64,000 nt of DNA from Chthoniobacteraceae bacterium (GTDB lineage: Bacteria > Verrucomicrobiota > Verrucomicrobiia > Chthoniobacterales > Chthoniobacteraceae), in contig JANNXQ010000107.1 of the NCBI GenBank assembly GCA_031409655.1, positions 1-64,000 on the forward strand, written 5' to 3'. Of the stretch, positions 39,860-50,328 are shown piece after piece. A program made the position numbers and the translations under genes. The notes beneath the pieces are model-generated. The model did no database searches. It had not been told where the DNA came from and worked only from the letters and a program-made list of their open reading frames with translations. Every line of letters starts with the position of its first letter. The first letter of the stretch is position 1.

Positions 39860-41326
39860 GTGAGCAAAGACATCCAACGCAACCTCCTCCCGCTGGCCGC
39901 CACCCTGCGCGAGGCGCTGGCGCTGCTCAATCAAGGCGTCTCCGGCGCGGTCTTTCTCGTTGATGGCGCGGGCGTGCTTTGCGGGCTCTTCACCGACGGC
40001 GACATCCGCCGCGCGCTGCTCGCCGGGGCGACGCTCGACGACGACGCGGCGCGCTGGATGAATCGCAAATTCACCTCGGGCCGCGCCTCCGCGACTCACG
40101 AGGAAAATCTGCGGCTGCTCAGTAAGTCCATCCGCCACCTGCCGATCCTCGACGACGTTGGGCGGCCCGTGGAGTTTCTCTCGTGGGCGGAAATCTGGAA
40201 GTTGCCAGTGACGCAACCGTCGCTCGGTGGGAACGAGCTGAAATACGTGAGCGACTGCATCACCACGAGTTGGATTTCCTCGCAGGGCAGTTACGTCACT
40301 CAGTTCGAGCAGGCCTTCGCGGATTTTCATGGCGTGCCGTCGGCGCTGACAGTTTCGAATGGCACCACTGCACTGCATCTCGTGCTCGCCGCGCTCGGCA
40401 TCGGGCCGGGCGACGAAGTCATCGTGCCCGATCTCACCTTTGCCGCCTCGGCGAATGTGGTCATCCACTGCGGCGCGAAGCCAGTGCTCGCGGATGTGGA
40501 CGCGCGGACGTGGACGCTCGACCCCGCGGACTTTGCTCGAAAAGTAACGCCGCGGACGAAGGCCGTGATGCCCGTGCATCTTTACGGGCATCCGTGCGAT
40601 ATGGATCCGATCATGGAGATCGCTCGGCGGCACGGACTGTTCGTGGTGGAAGATTGCGCCGAGGCGCTGGGCGCGAAGTACAAGGGACGGCTCGTCGGCA
40701 CCTTTGGCGACGCAGGCTGCTTCAGCTTCTTCGCGAATAAGGTGATCACCACTGGCGAGGGCGGCATGGTCTTCACCGGCGATCCCGCGCTGCATCAGCG
40801 CATGAATGTGTTGCGTGATCACGGCATGGAGAAAGGTCGCCGCTACTGGCACGTCTATCCCGGCTTCAACTACCGGATGACCAATATCCAGGCTGCGATC
40901 GGTCTCGCGCAGATGGAGCGCATCGACTTCTTCCTCGAGCGCCATCGCGAGATCGCGCGTCACTACACGGAGCGGTTGCGCGGATTGCCCGGTCTCGTTT
41001 TGCCGCCGGAGGAAGCGTGGGCTTCGAATATTTTTTGGCTCTACTCGATCCTCATCGACGAAACGCGCGCGGGCCTGTCGCGCGATCAACTCGCGCGCTG
41101 GCTTGCCGAGCACGGCGTGGAAACCCGCCAGCTCTTTTTCCCGCTGCACATCCAGCCGCCGTATCCGCAGGGAACGAGCGCCGACTTCCCCATCTCCACG
41201 CAGCTCTCTGCACGCGGCCTCAGCCTCCCGACCTCGAAGGATTTGGAACCCGCGCAGATCGACCGCGTGTGCGACGCCATCGTGCAAGCGCTCGAATCGC
41301 ACCAAGCCGTCGCCGCCGCGCGTTGA
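39860..41326 (+). CDS. CBS-domain-fused DegT/DnrJ/EryC1/StrS sugar aminotransferase (perosamine synthase-like)
   Basis: N-terminal GLFTDGDIRRAL..HLPILD CBS pair; SNGTTALH, PVHLYG, EDCAEA, FSFFANKVITTGEGG, NYRM. Confidence 0.9.
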   Translation: MSKDIQRNLLPLAATLREALALLNQGVSGAVFLVDGAGVLCGLFTDGDIRRALLAGATLDDDAARWMNRKFTSGRASATHEENLRLLSKSIRHLPILDDVGRPVEFLSWAEIWKLPVTQPSLGGNELKYVSDCITTSWISSQGSYVTQFEQAFADFHGVPSALTVSNGTTALHLVLAALGIGPGDEVIVPDLTFAASANVVIHCGAKPVLADVDARTWTLDPADFARKVTPRTKAVMPVHLYGHPCDMDPIMEIARRHGLFVVEDCAEALGAKYKGRLVGTFGDAGCFSFFANKVITTGEGGMVFTGDPALHQRMNVLRDHGMEKGRRYWHVYPGFNYRMTNIQAAIGLAQMERIDFFLERHREIARHYTERLRGLPGLVLPPEEAWASNIFWLYSILIDETRAGLSRDQLARWLAEHGVETRQLFFPLHIQPPYPQGTSADFPISTQLSARGLSLPTSKDLEPAQIDRVCDAIVQALESHQAVAAAR

Positions 41327-41334
41327 TTACCGCG

Positions 41335-42480
41335 ATGATGCGCTGGCTCGCCGGGCAGCTCTTTGAAGACACCACGCGCAGCGGCAAGCTCGCAGCGATG
41401 GATGGAGTGAGAGGCATCGCGGTGCTCACCGTTTTCCTCAGCCACAGCAGTGGCCGCGATCAGGCGATGGCTCCATGGCTCGCTTTCAACGGCATTGGCC
41501 ACATCGGCGTGTATCTCTTCTTTGTGCTCAGTGGTTTTTTGCTCGCGCACACGCTCCTGCGACGGCGGCAAAGCGCAGGCGAATTTTACCTCCGGCGCTT
41601 CTTCCGCATCTTCCCGCTCTACGCGCTGGTGGTCACCGCGGTGTTCCTCGTGCAGCACCACACCGGGGTTTTGGACACGCGCTATCTCCATGTGAAAGAC
41701 GGCGCGCTGGGTTGGTTGCGGCACCTGACGTTCCTGCAAGGAGACAGCGTCTTCTGGACGATCGCGGCGGAGTTTCAGTTCTACTTTGTGATGCCGTTCA
41801 TCGTTGCCGCATTGGTGCGCTGGGGTCGGCCCGCGGTGCTCGCGACGGTCGCGGTCGCGGTCGCTTACGGCGCGTGGTATCTGGCCATCGTCCACGGGCT
41901 GCTCCCGGCTTCGGCGGCGTTGAAAGTCGCACGGATTGCACATGCCGGGCAGTTCGTGGATGTCTTCCTGTGCGGCGTGCTCGCGGCCTATGCTTTCGAA
42001 AGCGCCGCAATCGCGCGCTGGTTTGCCGCAGCGCGGCGCTGGCTCGAGCCCACCCTCGCGATCCTCGCGGTCGCGGTGGCAGCCACTTCGCTCATCTGCG
42101 TCTCGGAGCACTTTCTCTGGTTCCGCCGACCCCTCTACGGCCTTCGCGATTTCTCGATCGTCTATGGCGCCATCTTCGCGGTCCTTTTGCTGGCCACACT
42201 TTACGACTACCGCCCCTTTGGCCGCGTGCTCATGCATGGCCTCCTGCGTCTCGCGGGGGTCATCGCTTTCGGTTGGTACCTGCTCCACTTTCCGATCTTC
42301 GAGGCGATCAATCGCTCGACCGCCGGCACTCCATTCGCGATTGGTGCAGTGAAGTTTCTGATCAGCTTTCTGCTCTGCATCGTCGCTGGCATTCTGAGCT
42401 ATCTGCTCGTCGAAAAACCCTGCATCCAGCTTTCCAAACGTCTCCTGCAACGCCGCACGCCCGCTCCCGTGCTCGCTTAA
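41335..42480 (+). CDS. Acyltransferase-3 family membrane O-acyltransferase
   Basis: DGVRGIA..H, GVYLFFVLSGFL, RRFFRIFP, WTIAAEFQFY, YLLH, VEKP. Confidence 0.9.
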   Translation: MMRWLAGQLFEDTTRSGKLAAMDGVRGIAVLTVFLSHSSGRDQAMAPWLAFNGIGHIGVYLFFVLSGFLLAHTLLRRRQSAGEFYLRRFFRIFPLYALVVTAVFLVQHHTGVLDTRYLHVKDGALGWLRHLTFLQGDSVFWTIAAEFQFYFVMPFIVAALVRWGRPAVLATVAVAVAYGAWYLAIVHGLLPASAALKVARIAHAGQFVDVFLCGVLAAYAFESAAIARWFAAARRWLEPTLAILAVAVAATSLICVSEHFLWFRRPLYGLRDFSIVYGAIFAVLLLATLYDYRPFGRVLMHGLLRLAGVIAFGWYLLHFPIFEAINRSTAGTPFAIGAVKFLISFLLCIVAGILSYLLVEKPCIQLSKRLLQRRTPAPVLA

Positions 42481-42485
42481 AAATA

Positions 42486-43184
42486 ATGTCCACCGTCTGT
42501 CTCATCCCCGCGCGCGGCGGTTCGAAGCGCATCCCACGCAAAAATCTCCGGTTCCTCGGCGGCAAGCCGCTGCTCGCTTACGCCATCGACAACGCGCGCG
42601 AAGCCGGCGTCTTCGACGAAATCGCGGTGTCCTCCGACGACCCGGAAATCCTCGCACTTGCCGAGCAGTGCGGCGTGCGTGCGGATCGGCGCCCCGAGCA
42701 CCTCAGCGGCGACATGACGAAGTTCGTCGAGGTGCTGGACGAATATCTGCGCCGACCCGAAGCCGCCCGCTTTCAGCATTTTGCCGGACTCCTGCCGACG
42801 TGCCCATTTCGCACGGTCGAAGACGTGCGCGCGGCGCTGGCCCTGAGCACCGGGCATCCGGACGCCTTCGTCGTCGGCGTCACCGCGTACGATTTCCCGC
42901 CGCAACTCGCCATGACCTTCGAGCCCACCACGAACGTGCTGACCATGTGCGAGCCGGGGACCTATCGTTTGACCACGCGCAGCCAGTCGCTCGGCACCCT
43001 GCATCATCCGAATGGCTCGATCTACTGCGGCCGCGTCGCCCGTTTCCTCCAGACGGGCACGTATTTCGAGCCCCCGCTCGTTGGCTACGCGATGCCGCCC
43101 GAGCGCTCTTTCGATATCGATTATCCCTACCAATTCGAAATCGCCGAAGCCATGCTCCGCGCCCGTTCACACCCCACCTCATGA
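42486..43184 (+). CDS. Acylneuraminate (nonulosonate) cytidylyltransferase, NeuA/PseF family
   Basis: LIPARGGSKRIPRKN..GKPLL, VSSDD, PTCPFR, NGSIY, SFDID. Confidence 0.9.
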   Translation: MSTVCLIPARGGSKRIPRKNLRFLGGKPLLAYAIDNAREAGVFDEIAVSSDDPEILALAEQCGVRADRRPEHLSGDMTKFVEVLDEYLRRPEAARFQHFAGLLPTCPFRTVEDVRAALALSTGHPDAFVVGVTAYDFPPQLAMTFEPTTNVLTMCEPGTYRLTTRSQSLGTLHHPNGSIYCGRVARFLQTGTYFEPPLVGYAMPPERSFDIDYPYQFEIAEAMLRARSHPTS

Positions 43185-44107
43185 CCTACGCCGAAGCCAA
43201 AGCCGCCATCCGCGGACCCGTCGCCCCGATCCTCACCCCGTTTAAAAGCGACGACCATTCCGTCGATCACGAAGCCCTCGCGCGGTACGTCGATTTCCTC
43301 GTCGTGAAAGGCATCCCCGTGCTGCTCACCACCGTCGGCACGAGCCGGTTTAATCTTCTCACCACTGCCGAAATGATGGCGGTGAACGAAACCGTGGTGC
43401 GCACCGTGAATGGCCGCGCCATGACCATCGTCGCCGGTCCTCCGGATGGCGACACGCGCGAGAATGTCCGCTTTGCGCAGCACGCCGCGAAGATCGGCGC
43501 GGGCGCTTTCATCGCGATGTTTCCGGAGCGCTGGTATGGCGAGGAACCGCTCGTCCAATTCTTCAAGACGGTGAGCGAAGAATCGAGCATCGGCGTGATG
43601 ATCCACGAGATGGCCATGCGCAATGGGCTCGCCGGCGGACCGGTACAGTATTCGCTGCCGCTGCTCGACGGGCTCACCGATTTGCCAGGAATCATCGGCA
43701 TGAAGGAGGAATGCTGCGACGCGGAGTACAGCTACCGGATTATCCGCAAGGTGAGCCACAAGTGCGCGCTCATCGGCTGGGGCAGCATGAAGCGTTTCCT
43801 GCGCGATCATCATGCCGGCGCACGCAGCTATCTCATGGGCGTCGGCAGCTTTGTCCCGCACATCGAGTTGGCATTTTACGACGCCGTCATGGCGCGCCGC
43901 TACGACGAGGCGGAGAAGCTGGTGCGCGAAAACGAGGAGGATTATTTCCAACTCGCCGTCTCGCTCGGCTGGCATCGCGCGCTCAAGGAGACGCTCGACA
44001 TCTTCGGCCTGCTCCCGCGCACCGAGCGCCCGCCTTTCGGCGAACTCAGCGCTGCCGAACGCGCGCAGCTCGAGTCACTGGTGGAGAAGATCGGCTGGCG
44101 GAAGTAA
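43181..44107 (+). CDS. DapA/NanA-family class I aldolase-like protein
   Basis: PILTPF..VDHEAL..YVDFL..G, GTSRFNLLT..E, IIGMKEE putative Schiff-base Lys, ERPPF. Confidence 0.78.
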   Translation: MTYAEAKAAIRGPVAPILTPFKSDDHSVDHEALARYVDFLVVKGIPVLLTTVGTSRFNLLTTAEMMAVNETVVRTVNGRAMTIVAGPPDGDTRENVRFAQHAAKIGAGAFIAMFPERWYGEEPLVQFFKTVSEESSIGVMIHEMAMRNGLAGGPVQYSLPLLDGLTDLPGIIGMKEECCDAEYSYRIIRKVSHKCALIGWGSMKRFLRDHHAGARSYLMGVGSFVPHIELAFYDAVMARRYDEAEKLVRENEEDYFQLAVSLGWHRALKETLDIFGLLPRTERPPFGELSAAERAQLESLVEKIGWRK

Positions 44108-44128
44108 GCGCCGCGCGCTCACGCAACT

Positions 44129-45580
44129 TTGGACCACAAGCACGCCGTCGAAGTGCTCGCCGAGATCGAGCGGCTCGCGGATGTGAATGCCCTGCGCGCT
44201 GGCGGACTTCGCATCTGGCCACTCCTGCGGGATGAATTGTGGAGCCAGCTCCTGCGTCCGACCTCTCACGCTGCCGCTGCTCCAGCGCCCGCTCCGCGTG
44301 CTGCATCCTTCGTGGGTCGCGCCGAAACCCGGTTGCGGCGCTGGGGGGAAAAGTCACGCTTGCGGTCGGTCCCGCGCGCCGATGCGCTTTTCCTCTCGCG
44401 GATCGAGGATTACGGCGACTGCCTCTCGGGTGAGTACTACAACCGGCACACCGACCCGATGCTCGAGTTCTGCCGGGCGCGGATGTCCTGCGTGAAGATC
44501 GAAGGCAGCGATGCAGGCACAGCGCGAACGCTGCCGCGGAAAGTCGGCACGGAAGTCCTGCACATCCAGAGTCTGGGCGCTGCGCCGACGGCACTGCCGG
44601 ACCTGGAAGGCGCGGAACCAGTGCGGGCGGCACTCGAGAAAATCGGCGAGTCGCTCTGGCTCGATGACGAAGCGTTGCGAAGCGCTACCGCCAAAGTGCT
44701 GCACCGCCGCGACGCCTTCCGCGCGGTGCTCAATCACATCCAGCCGCGCATCGCCTTTGTGGTCTGCTACTACGATCTCCGCGTGCTGCCGCTCCTCGCT
44801 GCCTGTCGCGAACGCGGGATTCCGACCGTCGATATTCAGCACGGCAAACAAGGCGTGTATCACGGCCACTACACGCATTGGACGCGGTTCCCGGAGGGCG
44901 GCTACGAGTTGTTGCCGGATTACTTTTGGGTGTGGGGTGAGGCCTCGCGGCGGCACATCGCGCAAGGTCAGCCCACGAGTCTCCAGCGGCATCGTGCGGT
45001 GGTCGGTGGCAATCGCTGGCTGGCACTTTGGCGAAAGGGCGACGCGTTTCCTCCGGACGCCGAGCAGGCGGCCTGGCTGGCCACAGTGCGCAGGGCAAAG
45101 CGCGTGATCCTCGTGACACTGCAACCGATCGACCCGCCGATTCCCGCCTCGGTGCGGGATGCGATCCGGCGCAGTCCCGAAGATTGGCTCTGGCTCTTGC
45201 GGGTGCATCCGCATCGGCGCGGCGACATCCCGAAGCTTGCTGCGGAAATCGCGGGCGGCGGTCGCGTCGAATTCGAGCACGCGAGCAGCGTTCCGCTTTA
45301 CGCCCTGCTCCGGGTCGCCCAGCGCCACATCACCTGCTGGTCGTCAGTGGCCTTTGAAGCGGATGCCTTCGAGGTACCGACGATGATCGTGCATCCGAGC
45401 GGCGCATCGCTTTACGCAGAAGACATTTCCGCCGGCCGCTTCCAATACGCCGAAGCCGCGACCACGCTCGCCGCCTGGATCGCCGGCGAAAATCCCGCTC
45501 GCTCTGTCGCCGAAGCCTACATCGAAACCGACGACGCCCGAGCCGAGTCCGCCCTCGCCACCATCCTCGCGAACGTTTGA
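44129..45580 (+). CDS. Uncharacterised GT-B-like glycan biosynthesis protein (candidate nonulosonate transferase)
   Basis: GIPTVDIQHG, PDYFWVWG, LRVHP, SSVAFEA..VPT; TTG start; located in the NeuA/NeuB cluster. Confidence 0.55.
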   Translation: MDHKHAVEVLAEIERLADVNALRAGGLRIWPLLRDELWSQLLRPTSHAAAAPAPAPRAASFVGRAETRLRRWGEKSRLRSVPRADALFLSRIEDYGDCLSGEYYNRHTDPMLEFCRARMSCVKIEGSDAGTARTLPRKVGTEVLHIQSLGAAPTALPDLEGAEPVRAALEKIGESLWLDDEALRSATAKVLHRRDAFRAVLNHIQPRIAFVVCYYDLRVLPLLAACRERGIPTVDIQHGKQGVYHGHYTHWTRFPEGGYELLPDYFWVWGEASRRHIAQGQPTSLQRHRAVVGGNRWLALWRKGDAFPPDAEQAAWLATVRRAKRVILVTLQPIDPPIPASVRDAIRRSPEDWLWLLRVHPHRRGDIPKLAAEIAGGGRVEFEHASSVPLYALLRVAQRHITCWSSVAFEADAFEVPTMIVHPSGASLYAEDISAGRFQYAEAATTLAAWIAGENPARSVAEAYIETDDARAESALATILANV

Positions 45581-46494
45581 AAACGCCGCTTGCCATCTTT
45601 GCCTACCGCCGCCCGGCGCATCTCAAACGCACGCTCGCCGCACTGCCACTCTGCGCGCGGCTCGATGAATGTGCAGTCACCATCTTCTGCGACGGCCCGC
45701 GTGACGCCGCTGCAAGGAGCGACGTGGAAGCGGCCCGCAAAATCGCCCGCGCCTGGGCTCACGCGCACGGAGCCGAGGTCCGCGAGGCAGCGGAAAATCT
45801 CGGCCTCGCGCGTTCGATCGTCGGCGGTGTCACGGAACTCTGCGCCGTGCACGATCGGGTGATCGTGCTCGAAGATGACCTCGTGCCCTCGCCCGATTTC
45901 CTCGCCTTCATGCTCACCGCTCTCGACCGCTACGCCACCGAAGCGGAGGTCTGGCAGATCGGCGGATTTCGGCTGCCGTTTGCGTGGAGTGGAAATGCGG
46001 ACGCGCTTTTCCTGCCTTGCACGACGACGTGGGGCTGGGCCACGTGGCAGCGCGCGTGGCGGCACTTTCAGTGGGCGCCGCCCGACCTCGCGCAACTCGA
46101 CGACGAAGCCGTGAGTCGCGCCTTCGATCTCGAGGGTGCCTATCCCTACTCGCAGATGCTCCGCGATCGGCTCGCGGGCCGGAACGACTCGTGGGGCATC
46201 CTCTGGTGGTGGACGGTCTTTCGCGCTGCCGGGCTCGTCCTCTATCCGCGCGAATCCTTGCTCACGGTCGGCGGCTTTGACGGCAGCGGCACGCACTGCG
46301 GCGGCGACGGCGCGCTCGTGCGCGATCAGGCTTCCGGCACTTTTCCGCAGCGCGCTGCGCGTTTTCCTGAGCAGACGGCAGTGGACGTTGCCGCGCTCAC
46401 CGCGCTGCGCGAGCACTTGCGCAGAGCGGCTCGTCCCGCTCGTCCGAAGAGATCCTGGTGGCAGCGCGCGCTTTCACTTTCCACCGCGCCATGA
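45577..46494 (+). CDS. GT-A fold glycosyltransferase
   Basis: [47 protein letters not shown]. Confidence 0.82.
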   Translation: MKTPLAIFAYRRPAHLKRTLAALPLCARLDECAVTIFCDGPRDAAARSDVEAARKIARAWAHAHGAEVREAAENLGLARSIVGGVTELCAVHDRVIVLEDDLVPSPDFLAFMLTALDRYATEAEVWQIGGFRLPFAWSGNADALFLPCTTTWGWATWQRAWRHFQWAPPDLAQLDDEAVSRAFDLEGAYPYSQMLRDRLAGRNDSWGILWWWTVFRAAGLVLYPRESLLTVGGFDGSGTHCGGDGALVRDQASGTFPQRAARFPEQTAVDVAALTALREHLRRAARPARPKRSWWQRALSLSTAP

Positions 46495-47090
46495 TCACCA
46501 GCCTCCGCCGAATCGCTGCGCGTCTGCTCGGGAGTCCAGCGCCGTTGCCGCCCGATTGGTCCGCCAGCGCCCGGCTCGCCTCCACCGCGCGCATTCATCC
46601 CGAAGCCTCCCTGCAAAATCTTTGCAAACGTCCGGAAAATATCGTCATCGGAGAGAATTCCCACGTGCGCGGTGAACTGCTGCTCTTCTGGGAAGGCGGC
46701 GGCATCCGCATCGGTGCGTGGAGTTACCTCGGCCACAGCAGCCGGGTGTGGTCGCGCCACTCCATCGAGATTGGGGATCACGTCCTCATCTCGCACGGCG
46801 TCGATATTCATGACACGGACAGCCACCCGATCGATTGGCGCCAACGGCGGCACGACATCGAGTGCGTGCTCAGTGGCCGGCCCGGCGAACGCACCGCGGA
46901 GATCCCGGGCGCGCCCGTGGTGATCGAAGACGACGTCTGGATCGGCTGCAAAGCCACGATCCTGAAAGGCGTGCGCGTCGGTCGCGGAGCCGTCGTCGCC
47001 GCGGGCGCGGTCGTCACGCGCAATGTGCCGCCCTTCACCGTCGTTGCCGGGAATCCCGCCCGCGCGATCCGCACCCTGCCTCATGACTGA
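46491..47090 (+). CDS. Hexapeptide-repeat (LbH) acyltransferase
   Basis: [38 protein letters not shown]. Confidence 0.92.
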   Translation: MITSLRRIAARLLGSPAPLPPDWSASARLASTARIHPEASLQNLCKRPENIVIGENSHVRGELLLFWEGGGIRIGAWSYLGHSSRVWSRHSIEIGDHVLISHGVDIHDTDSHPIDWRQRRHDIECVLSGRPGERTAEIPGAPVVIEDDVWIGCKATILKGVRVGRGAVVAAGAVVTRNVPPFTVVAGNPARAIRTLPHD

Positions 47091-47859
47091 ACGCGTCGGC
47101 GACAGCCGCTTCTTTCCCGCCCTGCGCCAGCACTACCTGCAAGTGCCGAGCATCCTGCTCTGCCGCGTGCCCGAGTTGGAATACGCCGCGGCTCTCCGGC
47201 TCGGGACGGCGGCGCTCGATCACTGCTGCGGCGATGCGCGTTTCGCCAGCCTGGGCTGGCCAGGGGAAAAGTTCGCCGCTGGTTGCGACCTCGATGCGCC
47301 GGCGATCGAGAAGGCGCGCGCGTTTTCGCTGCACGAGCGCCTCGATGTCTGCGACGCCGCGCAGCGCCTGCCTTACGCAGACGCCACCTTCGATCTCGTC
47401 TTCAACAACAGCGCGCTGGAGCACATCCCCGATCTCGAACGCGCGCTCGCCGAAGTCGCGCGCGTCACCCGCCCCGGTGGCCGCTTCGCCTTCAATGTGC
47501 TCAATCACCGCTACTTTTCCTGGTGGCCATCCGACGCGCCGCCGGCTGCGGACTACCGCGCGTGGCAGCCCTTTTTCCACGCGCTGGATCTCGGCGAATG
47601 GACGCACCGACTGGCCACGGCGGGCTTCGATGTCCGCAAGGTGCAGGGTTACTTCGATGAAGAGGCGTCCCGCGTTCTCGCCTTACTCGACAGCGAATTC
47701 TCCGGTCACTTTTTCAAGCGGCACGTGAGCCGGCTCGTGCAGGAATATCAAAGCTCGCGCTGGAGTCGTTGGCAGTGGCGGCGGAAAATCGCCGGCCTGC
47801 GCTGGCCCACTGACGCGGATGCCGGGGCCGGATACTTCTTCGAGTGCGTGCGCCGGTGA
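47083..47859 (+). CDS. Class I SAM-dependent methyltransferase
   Basis: [37 protein letters not shown]. Confidence 0.85.
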   Translation: MTERVGDSRFFPALRQHYLQVPSILLCRVPELEYAAALRLGTAALDHCCGDARFASLGWPGEKFAAGCDLDAPAIEKARAFSLHERLDVCDAAQRLPYADATFDLVFNNSALEHIPDLERALAEVARVTRPGGRFAFNVLNHRYFSWWPSDAPPAADYRAWQPFFHALDLGEWTHRLATAGFDVRKVQGYFDEEASRVLALLDSEFSGHFFKRHVSRLVQEYQSSRWSRWQWRRKIAGLRWPTDADAGAGYFFECVRR

Positions 47860-48698
47860 GTGACCGGACGCAGCTCTCCTGGGAGGAAGCGGTGCGCTGG
47901 TATCGCACCCAGCCAGACAATGAAGCCGCCATCCGCGCAAACTTCTTCGACCTGCCTGTTATACAGGCGGCGGAGCGTTACGCGGCCTGCGAGGAATTTG
48001 CCGAAGTCGCACAGCTCCTCCGACCCGGCAAAGGTCGGACCATCCTCGACCTTGGCGCCGGCCATGGCATCGCGAGCTATGCGTTTGCCAGGGCCGGGTG
48101 GCGGGTCACTGCCTTGGAGCCGGACCCGAGCATGGAGGTCGGTGCGGGAGCGATCCGCGAAATCCAAGCCACCACTGGCTTGCCCATCACGATCGTTACG
48201 GAAGTCAGCGACACCCTTCCTTTTGCCGAGGCCAGCTTTGATGCCGTCTTCGCTCGCCAGGTGCTCCACCACGTCCCCGATCTCCGCCAGACGATGCGGG
48301 AACTTTTCCGCATCCTGCGTCGGCGAGGTTGCGTCCTCGCCATCCGCGAACATGTCGTCCACGACGATGAGGAACTCGCCCGCTTCCGCGCCAGGCACCC
48401 GCTCCACCATCTTTACGGAGGCGAAAACGCCTACCCCTTGGGCACCTACCTCGGGGCCGGATCGACGGCGGGCTTCAGCGTCGAGAGGACTTGGGGTCCG
48501 CTCGAGTCGATCCTGAACTTTGCGCCCGGCACTGAGGACGCCCGCCAGCGCTGGATCCGCCACCTCGCCCGGCGCCGCTTCTTCGGGCTCGGACGACTCT
48601 TCGCGCGCTCCCCTCACTCTATCGACGCCGCCCTCCGCGCCGAGGAGCGGACGAATCCCACTCCGGGCCGGATCCACTCCTTTCTCTTCCGAAAGTGA
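47856..48698 (+). CDS. Class I SAM-dependent methyltransferase
   Basis: ILDLGAGHGI, LPFAEASFDAVFARQVLHH; GTG in GTGA overlap. Confidence 0.88.
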   Translation: MSDRTQLSWEEAVRWYRTQPDNEAAIRANFFDLPVIQAAERYAACEEFAEVAQLLRPGKGRTILDLGAGHGIASYAFARAGWRVTALEPDPSMEVGAGAIREIQATTGLPITIVTEVSDTLPFAEASFDAVFARQVLHHVPDLRQTMRELFRILRRRGCVLAIREHVVHDDEELARFRARHPLHHLYGGENAYPLGTYLGAGSTAGFSVERTWGPLESILNFAPGTEDARQRWIRHLARRRFFGLGRLFARSPHSIDAALRAEERTNPTPGRIHSFLFRK

Positions 48699-49292
48699 AT
48701 GCGGCCCTTGCCGTTCATGCCCGACACTTTGCTCAAAGTTCTGAATTTGCGCTCCGCCGCCGTCCCCACTAAAGATCGCCGCCTGCCGAGCAGCAGCCCC
48801 GTCTTGAAAACCGTCCAGCACACCACGATCCGCCCCTTCTCCCAGGGTGATGCTTCTCCTTTAGCCAGCGTCCTCAGCCACGCGAGCGCAGCGTACACGC
48901 GCTTCTTCCATCCCTTCGTCTTCGAGACGGAAGTCATCGCAGACCTGACGGCCAACTCCGTCATCGACCAGTGGTTCATGATCGAAATCTCGGACGGCAC
49001 GGTTTCGACACCCGTCGGTTTCTACATGCTGCGCGGGATGGACGAGGGTTTTGAGGATCCCATGTATGGCGTCTTCATCGCCGAGAGCCATGCCGGCCGC
49101 GGCCTGGCCCGGCTCACCCTGGCCCACGCGGAAGCTCAGTGCCGACTGAATGGCTGGAAAAACATCCGCCTCAAAGTGGACCCCGAGAACGCCCGCGCGC
49201 ACCAACTCTACCTCGCGTGCGGTTTTAGATTTGAGTCCGACGATCCGAAAAACAGCGACCAGGTCGTCCTCATCCGTCAGGTCTCCAAATAA
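48699..49292 (+). CDS. GNAT-family acetyltransferase; start uncertain
   Basis: GVFIAESHAGRGLA, LKVDPENARAHQLYLACGF. Confidence 0.82.
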   Translation: MRPLPFMPDTLLKVLNLRSAAVPTKDRRLPSSSPVLKTVQHTTIRPFSQGDASPLASVLSHASAAYTRFFHPFVFETEVIADLTANSVIDQWFMIEISDGTVSTPVGFYMLRGMDEGFEDPMYGVFIAESHAGRGLARLTLAHAEAQCRLNGWKNIRLKVDPENARAHQLYLACGFRFESDDPKNSDQVVLIRQVSK

Positions 49293-49391
49293 GGGCGCCG
49301 CCCAGCCCCCGCGGGCCTTCCTCTTCTTACCACTGGCTCGTTTGTTTCATTCTCCTCGGTTGGCGGCGCGGTTTTTTGCGGGTGCGGAAAC

Positions 49392-50327
49392 ATGAAGACT
49401 GTCCTCATCACTGGCGTCGCTGGATTTCTCGGCCGCTTCATCGCGCGGCAGTTTGCCCGTGAAGGCTGGCGGGTCGTGGGCATCGACGTGGCTTCGCCGG
49501 AAAATGCGCAGCTCAGTCCCGGCACCATGTACCATCGGATGCAGCTCCCGAGTCCCGGCCTCCCGGATCTGCTCCGCGCGCTGCCGCCCGATGTCTGCGT
49601 CCACTGCGCGGGCCGGGCCTCAGTCCCTTTCTCGATGAAAGATCCCGCGGCGGATTTTCGCGACAACACCGTGCTCACCTTCGAACTCCTCGACGCGCTC
49701 CGCCGCGAAGCGCCGCGCTGCCATTTCCTCCTCCTCTCGAGCGCCGCAGTCTATGGCAACCCCGCCTCGCTCCCCGTCACCGAGACGCAGCGCACCGCAC
49801 CGCTCTCGCCCTACGGCTATCACAAGCTCCAGTGCGAACTGCTCTGCGAGGAATTCTCCCGGATCTACGCGCTGCCCACCACCGTCGTCCGCATCTTCTC
49901 CGCCTACGGTCCTGGCCTCCGCCGACAGGTGGTCTGGGACATCTGCGAACGCGTGCTCTCGTCGGCTTCGCTCACCCTGCACGGCACCGGTCGCGAGAGC
50001 CGCGACTTCATCCACGCCAGCGACATCGCTCGCGCGCTGGTCCTGCTCGCTGGCCAAAGCACCGCCCAGGCCGAAGTCTTCAATCTTGCCTCCGGCGAAG
50101 AGACGACCATCGCGCAACTCGCCGACATCCTGCTGGCCGCCTTGCTCCGCGACACGAAGCCCGCCTTCGACGGCCAGGCGACGCCCGGAAATCCGCTCAC
50201 CTGGCGCGCCGATATCGCGAAGATCCGCGCGCTCGGCTTCACCCCTTCCGTGACGCTCGAGCAAGGTCTCCGCAGCGTCGCCACTTGGGCGTCCGCCGAG
50301 TTGGCGGATAGTTTCCCTTCCGCCTAA
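49392..50327 (+). CDS. NAD-dependent epimerase/dehydratase
   Basis: LITGVAGFLG, SSAAVYG, PYGYHK (YxxxK), RDFIH. Confidence 0.92.
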   Translation: MKTVLITGVAGFLGRFIARQFAREGWRVVGIDVASPENAQLSPGTMYHRMQLPSPGLPDLLRALPPDVCVHCAGRASVPFSMKDPAADFRDNTVLTFELLDALRREAPRCHFLLLSSAAVYGNPASLPVTETQRTAPLSPYGYHKLQCELLCEEFSRIYALPTTVVRIFSAYGPGLRRQVVWDICERVLSSASLTLHGTGRESRDFIHASDIARALVLLAGQSTAQAEVFNLASGEETTIAQLADILLAALLRDTKPAFDGQATPGNPLTWRADIAKIRALGFTPSVTLEQGLRSVATWASAELADSFPSA

Positions 50328-50328
50328 A

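Noticed and set aside
48699..49292. GNAT gene as a foreign low-GC insertion
   Set aside because: It looks slightly more AT-rich by eye, but I could not quantify this and saw no flanking repeats or mobility genes.
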